A DNA stretch of 60,214 bases, filler included, from Circinaria calcarea (taxonomy: Eukaryota): the NCBI GenBank assembly GCA_051942165.1. It is 14 parts of 14 records of this genome, joined end to end, with 100 filler letters (N's around TTAATTAATTAA, not from the genome) between each part and the next. Parts side by side here need not be neighbours in the genome. Positions count along the whole stretch, not along the records: positions 47,444 to 51,634 come from JAVECS010002412.1; positions 51,735 to 55,925 come from JAVECS010002413.1; positions 56,026 to 60,214 come from JAVECS010002414.1; 11 more parts are not named here. One strand, written 5' to 3'. The position numbers and the translations under genes are program-made. The number at the start of each line of letters is the position of its first letter. Positions within the stretch are counted from its first letter, which is position 1. This document shows positions 50,507-60,214 of the stretch, one piece after another. The notes below the pieces were generated by a model, which worked only from the letters and a program-made list of their open reading frames with translations, searched no databases and had not been told where the DNA came from.

Positions 50507-51734
50507 GCTGCTACGAATTGTAACCGCTCAACTCCAGTGTTCACCTCAAACGAGTCCTAGGTTTTCACCAAGATATCTCGGACTTTCTACTTTCCATTTG
50601 CTACGAACCGTAAGCCAAACCATTCCGTCCATGGCTTTCATGCGGACCCGCCACCCAAGTTATAATTCTTAACCCAACCCGTTTTTCAGACCGCACACAG
50701 AACCTGCTCTCCCCCCCTATTCCAGCACCACTCACCTTACCTGGCTCAACCTACCGCGGCTCCCCTTTCACTCCACTAACTCCTCCGTCAACGCCCTTGA
50801 AATTCTTCACCAAAAGCATAACACGCCAAGTCCCGTATATCACGTCCCCCTATAATATCTCCGTGCACGCACTTTATCCCCACGTCCCTAAACCCTTCTT
50901 CCTGCATTCCCTCCTCCCAGCCTCACACTATTCTAGCCATAACGTCCAGTAGCGGCAAGTCTTAGCAGCGGCTTCCGCTGCCGGGCCCTACCAGCCTCTC
51001 TACACCACTTGGAAGATAGGTAGGAATCCAGCCTCATTCTAGTAGAATACTGTTCCGACCCGGCCCGTCCCGCCCGGGCTTTTCAAGATGCGATATATAT
51101 TTTCGCCTGATGCTGCATGCGGAAAGGGGGGTTTTTTAAAAGAAAAATAGAAAAACGCTAAAAATTCATCACCGAGGCACTAGAAAATACAACACCCCCC
51201 CCTTCCCCCCTCCCAGTCAGGTGGCAAACCGGAAGCTCGTGCTCCGTTCCTAAAAAAATCAATATCAAACAGCGCGCTAGCCCGCCCAATTCGGGCTTTC
51301 GCAGCCCTACCAAGGACGTGCAGAATCTCCAAAATCGTTGCGGGTTGCAGAATCGATGGCATGGATGCGAGTAGTTTAGGTAGGGTTTTAAGAAGCTTGG
51401 TGATTATAGCGCCCCGGTTCTTTCAAAGAGCGCTACCATATCGAAGATCTGTGGATTGAGAGATAGGGCGGCGATAGGAGAGTGGGTATTTGGGTTGCGA
51501 TGCAACGTGTGGGCGCGGCCGATTCACCCGTTCGTAGTTTGCGACGGTGCCGCTGAAGGAAGGATTTGAAGAGCGAGGCTAGGTTTGCTTTGGTTTAGAT
51601 GGTGGAGAGGATATGATGCGAGGTTGGTTTTGGGNNNNNNNNNNNNNNNNNNNNNNNNNNNNNNNNNNNNNNNNNNNNTTAATTAATTAANNNNNNNNNN
51701 NNNNNNNNNNNNNNNNNNNNNNNNNNNNNNNNNN

Positions 51735-52465
51735 GGTACAGTCCATGAGGCACCTGGGTTGGAGAAGGCGAATGAATTGGCTGGTACAGATGGTAGCTGC
51801 GGAGTGGGTTGCACCATAGTTCTCTCCGGGATCTTACGCTGTAGGAGCACTCCATAGGGTAAAGAAAAGATCCCATCAACTTCAAAGGGTACTTTGACAA
51901 CATGACTTGTGCCGGAGAGAAAATAGATATGCACTTGGGTCTTGAACACGACCACGAGAGCTCGGCCTTCCTCTAAATGTCCTTCTGGAAAACCTTGAGC
52001 TGACGAACGCTCGAATAGAGTGCTGGTCGGGTCCTTATATCCTACTGCCGCTGAATCATGAGTCTTGCTAATTGACTCGGGCTTCCCTTTGCGTTTCTTC
52101 GGGATATTTAATTCAGACTCCCTTTTGGCCTGTGTAGTACCCTGGCTCTGGGGTGGGTTCTCGACCTTAGGAACATTCTCATTCGTCTGAGATACACTAG
52201 GAAACCTTGCTAGGATTGCCTGTAGCACTGTGTCCTGTTCGAAGTCGAGCTTAAAGATTCGCCGGACCACACCACCTTTGGACCAGACTACACATGATTT
52301 GGTTGTAAGAATTTCTTCATCTTCCGACTGGTGTAACGAATCCTCTCCACAGACGGTCTGCCAAGTATACAGGCTTTCCGGTGGATCTGGCGGTAGGATC
52401 CCATCAGCCACTAAATAAGGTATTGCTGAAGGCGTATGGATGCCTAGGGACTTGGTCGTTGCCAT
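51735..52465 (-). CDS. APC1: Anaphase-promoting complex subunit 1 (BimE), N-terminal part; 3'-truncated
   Basis: MAT.KSLG.H.P..IPYL...EEILTTKSCVVWSKGGVVRR.F...A.LA.F...RALVVVFKTQ.HIYFLSGTSHVV.VPFEV...GVLLQRK matches the recalled BimE N-terminus. Confidence 0.88.
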
Positions 52466-52814
52466 ATCTTTGCATGGTATGCATTCTCTTCATCACCAGA
52501 TCCAAATCTGACTTTGGAATTAGTTTCGTGATCATGTTTGGGCCATCAAAGTAGCGGACCGACATTGTTGTTTCCGCGTGTTGATGGAGCAGGAAGTTTA
52601 ACGCGCCTGAGCTTTCGAAACCCACTTCAACACGAGTTTTCCCTCCGACAAACTCCACAACGATCATAACTGATCCATCATAGATAAGACATTCAACGCT
52701 TCTGAAATGTGGCTATACTATGTTTGAGTTGCAATCGGCACGAGCTGTATTGTATGAGTCCCTAAAGCTGTCGTTCAGTAGTTCTACTTTATCATTTTTG
52801 CACTGAAAGGAAAC

Positions 52815-54851
52815 ATGAAGCCAAAGGCACGCGAGGTCGACGGTCTTCTGCACCTAAGGTTCTACCGGCACTACCTCCAGGCAATACTACAATAGCTAAA
52901 GCAGAGTCATAGGTACCAGGTTCCCTATGAGATCCACACCTCGATTGTCTACCCAGTTCCTGCGCCAAACGGTTCGAATATAATTTTATGCGGTCATGAA
53001 CAAGGGCTACTTATTCTATGGAGGGGTGGTCGACCTTTCAAGCCAGCAGTGAAGATCGGGGAACAAACATCCAGGACAAATGGCACAAGCAGCGATGCCT
53101 TGATGATCATAGACTCGGATGAAGAGGAGCAATTGCCACACCCAAGCGAGACTTATCAGGATCGTCCAGAATACGATGATGAGGAGGAAGAATTGAATCC
53201 AGATGAACCGTATCACCCTATTATCCAACAGCTAGACCTACCTCTAGGCACAGCCATCTTACACATGTCTTTTCCCAATGTACCAGCTTCCATTCAGGCC
53301 CAGGAACTTCAGTCTTTACCGAAGCTGCTTCGTCAACGTCTTGTCATAGCAGTTGCGTGTGCCGATTGTACAATCAGAATTCTAACCCTGCCGCTGTCGC
53401 CACCGTCACCCTCAAGCAAGGCGAGATCGGAGCTTCGCGCCAACGCATTGCTTGCTTTTGCGGGAAACGGTACTTGGGGCGAGCAAGTCATCACTTTGAA
53501 TGGTAATACTACTCATCAAACTTTACCAAAGGGAGTTAGTATCGCTTTGAGCCCCCGCGTCGTTGAAGAGAGCGACGAGAGGCTTTCGCGTGATATTAAA
53601 GGTCAGGAGAAGTTACCCAGTAATTCTACAGTCACACTTACATCTCATCTGCATGATCATCACACTCCAGAAGATGTCAAAAATCAAACCCGGTGGGACC
53701 TAATCATATCCTCCCACTCCGAAGACATATCTGGCCTTTTATTGGTTCACAGAGTCCCTATCTCAGTAGATAGTCTGAATCTGGGCATTGAGTCAACAGA
53801 CAGTAACTTTCTATGGCGTACAGAATCCCTTGCGAGACCAATAATCACTGCTCAGTTGCATATCCCTTTACAATCTGCTCAGGGTAGATATCCATGCGTG
53901 TTGGTTGCCCAGTCGAATGGTCCTGTCAAAATTTATGATTGCTGCACGACTGCTAAACCAGACCACGGATCATGGCGTCTCACACTTTATGCTAGCATGT
54001 ACCCTTTTGCAGACCCATCAAACGGCCGGAGTCTCCTGGATGCTAAATGGGTCCTAGGCGGCAAAGCAATTGCCGTTATCACAAGTGACGGGGAATGGGG
54101 CATTTGGGACATCGCAAGCGGTTCTACTATGCTTGGTGGTATTCCAACACCATTCACCGTTAATGGTTGGATAGGCAGTACCCCTATCGGACTTCAAACT
54201 TCGAAAAAATCGGCAGGCCGATCAGAGACTAGGTCCCGATTAGCACCAATGACACCAGGTACTCGTAGGGTCAAGCAAGAAGTACTCTTTGCGGGTCCAA
54301 CACCTCGCTCGAACGTCTCCACATTGGGTGGCATTTCCGTCTCTTCTTCCGGTAAAGTCTCCAATGGCAGAGAAAACGACGAAGGCGTTGCTATTTGGCA
54401 TGCGGACAAGATCATAAGGATACCTAGTCTGCACACTTTCTGGCAGAACAGAGTGACTGGTTCAGGAAACCTATTCTCTGATGGGTCCAATGGTTGAATA
54501 CGGGAACTCAACAACGTCCCCTTAACAGGGGAAGTGAAACGATCCATTGCCATGTTTTCCTCAGAGGGTACGACTTCGGACGTCGGACATACATCTGATG
54601 AGCCTGACATACTCGTCTTCGGCGAAAGGAGCTTGGTGATTTTAGCATCCCCACTGTCTGGAGCCGAAACTCGAAAATCTTACAATGCAAAGCTACCGGA
54701 AGGAGACCTGGATCAGCAACTTCTTGCACAAAGGGAGCTCGATGTGCTCGGTATGGACAGGATTCTTGATGGTTTATCCCATGGTCGTCGGCCAGTTGAT
54801 GTCGAAGAGAATGATACCATGATGAAAAGAAGAGTTGGATTTGCTACTTAA
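52815..54851 (+). CDS. NUP37: Nucleoporin Nup37-like WD/beta-propeller protein, with one in-frame TGA at 54495-54497; start approximate
   Basis: YQVPYEIHTSIVYPVPAPNGSNIILCGHEQGLLILWRGGRPFK, IIQQLDLPLGT, LDAKWVLGGKAIAV..SDGEWGIWD and LAPMTP.TR. ORF 54534-54851 continues in the same frame after the TGA. Confidence 0.75.
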
Positions 54852-55718
54852 GCATGAGAAGGTGCATGGTTTTGAGCTTCCTGAAACTTTGTATTTCCAG
54901 ATAACCTTTCTAGATGCCCATTTGAGTCCGAAGCGGATTTTTTTGCGATCCATTCAAGTAACCTCAATTGCTGGTTCTGCTCACAGCTACTGGTCTTTTT
55001 CTCACTCGCGCGACAAGGTGGAGCCTTGGGAAAGTTCCATCCCTTCTGCTCTGTATTCGCCAGCGATACATTAGCAATGCCTATTCATCCTACAATACCC
55101 GGTCACTATCATGCAACTGGTCATCCAGTATCGATGAAGTGGCTATGCGTAGGTGTATGAGAAAGGCTGGTAGTATCGCTTCAAAACTATGATAGCCGGA
55201 GCATTGAGGATCATGCTGCAAAGCATGATTTGAAATGTGAGGACGGCATCAAGTCGCAAGGATGTGGTTTGCAAAGCCTGCTCGCTGCCGCGAGATATCC
55301 TCTGCAGGTTAGCGGGCTGCGACATAACTGTAACAGCATGTGCAATGATAGTCCCAGAAAATTACTGAATGCATTAAACCAAAATACGTGTTCTCGCTTT
55401 TCCCTTTGATTATTGCATACACTACTGCTGTACGACCCCGTAATTATAAGCTTTATACGTTGCTGATTCGCTCTCATCCATCGGTATCCACTGATATCCA
55501 TGCGACATATGAAGGAGTCAACGTGACTCCCCACAGTCCCTGCATATTATCTGCTTGGAAAGGTAAGGTAAATGTGTCTCGCAAGGGTGCCGGCTTGCCA
55601 AGATCACTCCACATCTCCTTATTTTACACCATAGATATTGGGTAGAGGTCCCACGGTTTTCGAGACTTGCTCCTGTTAACCAAGCCCAATCAACTGGACT
55701 CGTGTATCTCAGCACATT

Positions 55719-55925
55719 ATGTATGTGACCATTGTGGACTCTAAGATATCGTTGATAGCCTTGCTTGATTCTACCGAGAACCTTCCTACGAACCCGCCAT
55801 CACTATATTTCGATTTAGAAGGAGTGAACCTATCACGTTTTGGCTCTATATCAATCGTTCAGCTTTTTGTCCTTCCGGCAGATCATACATACCTCATTGA
55901 CGTACACACTCTCCATCGAGACGCC
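55719..55925 (+). CDS. DEDD 3'-5' exonuclease (EXD1/egalitarian-like), N-terminal part; 3'-truncated
   Basis: PPSLYFDLEGVNLSRFGSISIVQL....YLIDVH.L is an Exo I motif (DxEG). Confidence 0.8.
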
Positions 55926-56711
55926 NNNNNNNNNNNNNNNNNNNNNNNNNNNNNNNNNNNNNNNNNNNNTTAATTAATTAANNNNNNNNNNNNNNNNNNN
56001 NNNNNNNNNNNNNNNNNNNNNNNNNCCCCCTATCTATCTACCCGAGTCCCCCTTAATCCCCTGATTCCGGGATATCGATTGATTCTGAGTTTCTGAATTT
56101 TTGAATTCTTGGGACCAGGGAGGTAGCGCACGAAGCATGAGCATAAAGGACGAGCATCAAAGACGGTAAGGTGGGGTGGGGGGAGTTGGTTTTTGGTCTT
56201 AGTCTAAGATGGATATTTAAAAGAGGGCGACTCGTAATATTACATTACAATACATACATCACTCTATTCCTAGCATGAATAAGGAAACATTGCCCGGATT
56301 GGACCGGATCGGATAGGTGGTCATTTGAAATGGTTAATGGGTTTCTGTTTTTGGTTTGTGGGTTTGAAATTTTTTTAAAAAGACAAATGACTATCTATAC
56401 CCTACCGCTAAATCCCCTTCCATCTCATCGCTTCCCATCCTCCCTTCATCGAGAACAAAAGAAAACAGATCGCAGATGTGCAGTGTGATGAATAGGGGAG
56501 TCAGGAGGGAGAATAATGAATATCTACTCCAGTAGTCTTCGAGTTTCCAGCTGGTCATCTCGATCATCCGATTTCATCCCCTGCATGGCTCTCAGCTTCT
56601 GATTAAGTTGGAGTCGCGATTTGCAGCGTTTAACAAAAGAAATATGCAGACGTGCAGTGGTGAACGCTCTCGCAGTGTTGAGTGATTCCTGCAATTCTTG
56701 ACAAAGAAAAG

Positions 56712-56750
56712 TGTGCAGATGTGCAGATGTGCAGATGTGCAGATGTGCAG
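56712..56750. repeat. Tandem repeat (TGTGCAGA)x~4.9
   Basis: tgtgcaga tgtgcaga tgtgcaga tgtgcaga tgtgcag; dispersed partial copies at ~56472 and ~56644. Confidence 0.9.
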
Positions 56751-57125
56751 TGGTAGTGTTTGTGTTGGCGTAAGATATCGTGTCTTAAAGGAAAGCTGGA
56801 AGCTAAAATGTGTTGTGTTGTGATCAAACCCTGCAAGTGTGCAAGCGTGTGATCCCCTAAAAATAAAATGATTCGTCAAGGCGGGCTCTTTCTGCGCAAA
56901 TATAGAGAGTGGTGAGGGCATGCTAAAGAACGTAGAGAACCCGCAGACGACATCATCATCTCAAAAGTACACCAAAAAACAGTCTCCAAAAGCTCATAGA
57001 CCTTGCCAGTGCGAAACTCCATGTCGTAATGTCACATCAACGCCACCGATGTCGTATTATGTCGTTATGGGAAAATGCCAACTAAAAAATCAAAGGAGAT
57101 GCAGATAGTGAACCCAAATGCCACT

Positions 57126-58715
57126 CTAAGATTGAACTTCGGTCCCGCCATCACGGCCAATCACGTCCAGCTTCAAGATTCTGCGTAGAGCATCTTCCAT
57201 TATCTCGTTGTGATTATCTCGACTCGTGTTTGACTTCGTATCAGAATGAGGACTGTACGTTGGGAATGCAGACGATAAAGGTGAAATTCCACCATTGAGC
57301 TGAGAATTACGATTGTTCTGCGACATTGCCGAGTTATTGACGCTACGTGATCGATTTGGAGTTGGAGTGGAAGGAAGCTCGTTCGTTTCATTTGAGTCTT
57401 TTTTGGCCACCTCCTCACGGAGATACGAAGAAGAAGCTGGTCGACCTTGAGACAATCCACTCAGAGAAGTCGCCGAAGACGGATGAGGATGGGAGAATCC
57501 GTCTATACCATTTGCTCCGTGGGGAAGTTTGCTTGGGGTACCGTTTCTATACTGTGGCGTAGATGAGCTTGATAAGCTCTTGGTAGGTTTGTTAGGTCGC
57601 GAAGTTGAACTTGGAGAGAGCGAGGCGGAGATCGATGTACTACCAGATTTTGTGATGCCAGAAGGAGGAAGCTGAGGCTTAGGTGACATCAGCAACTTCT
57701 TAAGCGCCATCGATTTTGCTTTACGTTGCTCGTCAGTCTCAGTACGAGGAGCCTTGATCGAGGGGGATGTAGTCAGATCGCGCATATTCGGAAAATAACC
57801 GGTGTCTGCGACATGTGCACCACCAGGAGGTTTGACCCTTTCTGATGCGTCCATCTCCAAAGGAAAGACGTCGGAAATAGAGCTGTTTGCTGTATGGCGG
57901 GAGTAGCCTGGCACAGGAGCTTGGGAAGGGGTTGGCGAATGCAAACCATTTCTGGCTTGAGATGTTTTCTGCCGGGAACTAACATCTTCATCGCTGGGTG
58001 TTTTTGGCGTCCTTAGTAGACGTCTCGCCTTCTCTTCCCGGTCTGCGTTGAAAAACATATCAAGAGGGGATGCCTCCCTCGTTTGAGCGCTCCCCACATG
58101 TAGTAATTTGCTCATAGTCGGCGAATCGTCACTCTTCGTAGAAGACTCTTCTGACGAGTGCTCTTGCAGCGAAGTTTTTAGATTACCATCGTTTTCGACT
58201 GGAGGTAAGGATTTTGAGAAGAACTTCGGTATTGGCAATGCCGACGGCGCAGGAGAGGCATGGAACGTAGGGCCTGCGTAAGCTTGAGCGGGAGTAGCAT
58301 TGGTCCGTTTGGGTGTCAGAGAGCTATTCTGTGATGCCGGGCGCGGAGACCGTTCCTTTCTAGGGGCAGGCGAAGAAGTGGCTCGGTGAAGGTTTCCTTG
58401 TGGGTTACTCATCTTTCTTCTGCCTTTGGTCTGCTTCGTGGATGAGATTGGAAGATCTATGGGAACAGATGAAACACTGGTGATATCTGATTGGGTTGAT
58501 TCATTGGGGGGTGTCGGAGCGGTGGAAGCCTGGTGAGACATGACTTGGGTTTTAACACGCCGTTTTGATTTGCTTTTCTCCGACTGGTTGGGTGTCGAAG
58601 GAGCAGCGGAATATGGCGGTATAGGGTTGTCTCTTACGGTCTTGGTTGGAGTATTCTTGGATTGACGATCGCCGGGTTGAGGTTGTTTGTTTGTGTTACC
58701 AGCGCCGGATGGCAT
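57126..58715 (-). CDS. Disordered PNRC-motif protein (Edc1/PNRC2-like decapping activator candidate), 529 aa
   Basis: Intronless S/P/T-rich ORF with YAGPTFHASPAPSALPIPKF (YAGxxF...LPxP motif), SPLDMFFNADREEK and C-terminal MEDALRRILKL. Confidence 0.8.
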   Translation of the reverse strand: MPSGAGNTNKQPQPGDRQSKNTPTKTVRDNPIPPYSAAPSTPNQSEKSKSKRRVKTQVMSHQASTAPTPPNESTQSDITSVSSVPIDLPISSTKQTKGRRKMSNPQGNLHRATSSPAPRKERSPRPASQNSSLTPKRTNATPAQAYAGPTFHASPAPSALPIPKFFSKSLPPVENDGNLKTSLQEHSSEESSTKSDDSPTMSKLLHVGSAQTREASPLDMFFNADREEKARRLLRTPKTPSDEDVSSRQKTSQARNGLHSPTPSQAPVPGYSRHTANSSISDVFPLEMDASERVKPPGGAHVADTGYFPNMRDLTTSPSIKAPRTETDEQRKAKSMALKKLLMSPKPQLPPSGITKSGSTSISASLSPSSTSRPNKPTKSLSSSSTPQYRNGTPSKLPHGANGIDGFSHPHPSSATSLSGLSQGRPASSSYLREEVAKKDSNETNELPSTPTPNRSRSVNNSAMSQNNRNSQLNGGISPLSSAFPTYSPHSDTKSNTSRDNHNEIMEDALRRILKLDVIGRDGGTEVQS

Positions 58716-59000
58716 TGTGAGCGTGATGTAGAGCGGCTTAAAAAATAGACAGCCTTATATGTGCAGCTTAAATCGCAGCAGCTTGATAAATATCAAGGTA
58801 CTAGGTGGCTTCCTACAAAGTTTGGGGTGATTGTAGACGACGTGTTTATGTCCGGTCTCGTGGTTGCTTTGTTCAACCGTGTCCGAGACTGGGTAGCTCT
58901 AAGTGATTCGAGAGTTTTTTAGGCGTGGCTTGGATCGTCTTTGCGGTAGGAGGAGGGTGGTCGAGGTTGTAGGGAGTGCTCTGGTGGTGTCAATCATGTC

Positions 59001-59022
59001 GTTTGTTTGTTTGTTTGTTTGT
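59001..59022. repeat. (GTTT)n microsatellite in a divergent intergenic region
   Basis: gtttgtttgtttgtttgtttgt between the PNRC-motif gene and RBX1. Confidence 0.85.
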
Positions 59023-59358
59023 GTTGAAAGACATGAGATAAGGACTGGTCAAGGTGTCGAAAGGCGGGGAGGCGGAGAAAAAGGACGCTAGTAAACTGAG
59101 TGAATGCCTGCAAGGACTCGCCTCGTCTTGAAGGTTCATGTCTCGCAGGTCAGGAATTCTCGAATTATAATAACAACCTCGAGAACTGACGGCCATCTGT
59201 CTCTCTCAAATTACAGCTTATTCACGAGACTGACAGGACGCCATCTGCACGCAAATTCAGTCCTGCAAAGTTCCCCGTTGAGCTCCCTCCACTCTTACCG
59301 CATCAACAACACCTAGCTTCCAACGAAGCCAGCTTCAGAGCTTACAACAACCAAGACC

Positions 59359-59896
<538 letters not shown>

Positions 59897-60214
59897 GGTG
59901 CGGGGTTTCTTACTATGAGAAGGAGAAAATCAGACGGATTCTACTCCACCAGGCGCAGGAACGTATGAAGATTACATTGGAATGGCTTTATGACAAGTAG
60001 ATACGGCGTATTGGGATGGTTCTGCAACAGGTAGCTTGAAGCTCCCTTCAACGGAGGGGGGGGGTACCGATAGAATCAACCTTCCAGCTCGCAATATGTT
60101 CTACAAAGTGTGCAGCAATCACTAAAACCATTGAGAGCCTCCCCTCCTCCCCCAATGGTCACAGATGAAAAACTTTTAGTCACGCAAACCCACAACAATC
60201 CCGTATGGCCCACC

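Overview
This window is not one locus. It is a pseudomolecule of 14 short contigs (about 4.19-4.22 kb each, in descending length) joined by 100-nt artificial spacers (N-run + TTAATTAATTAA + N-run), so adjacency across spacers is meaningless and many genes are cut at contig ends. The DNA is from a filamentous ascomycete (Pezizomycotina-type genes with short GT-AG introns and CTRAC-like branch sites); I cannot name the species from sequence alone. Most contigs carry ordinary housekeeping genes: Raf1/DIM-9-like WD40, peroxisomal acyl-CoA synthetase, OSH3, GNAT, fungal TF, mutarotase, SRP19, TAF4, rhomboid, PMP47, Abp2, DHR1, PAC3, DUF1763, S10 carboxypeptidase, APC1, Nup37, 3'-5' exonuclease, PNRC/Edc1-like and RBX1. 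All identities come from recalled motifs, not database searches. The most notable non-routine observations are: (1) a decayed, RIP-like-mutated gene at about 44.3-45.95 kb combining two C2H2-like fingers with a His-Cys-box (His-Me finger) homing-endonuclease-like motif, visible only by reading through stops and frameshifts; (2) a divergent pair of small secreted proteins, a CBM52 fusion and a 10-Cys peptide; (3) a lone in-frame TGA in otherwise intact Nup37 that a cryptic 36-nt GT-AG segment could remove; (4) an SRPK-like kinase pseudogene; (5) alternating C-rich/G-rich strand-skew blocks that coincide with contig breaks, plus perfect fold-back contig ends that are probably artefacts.
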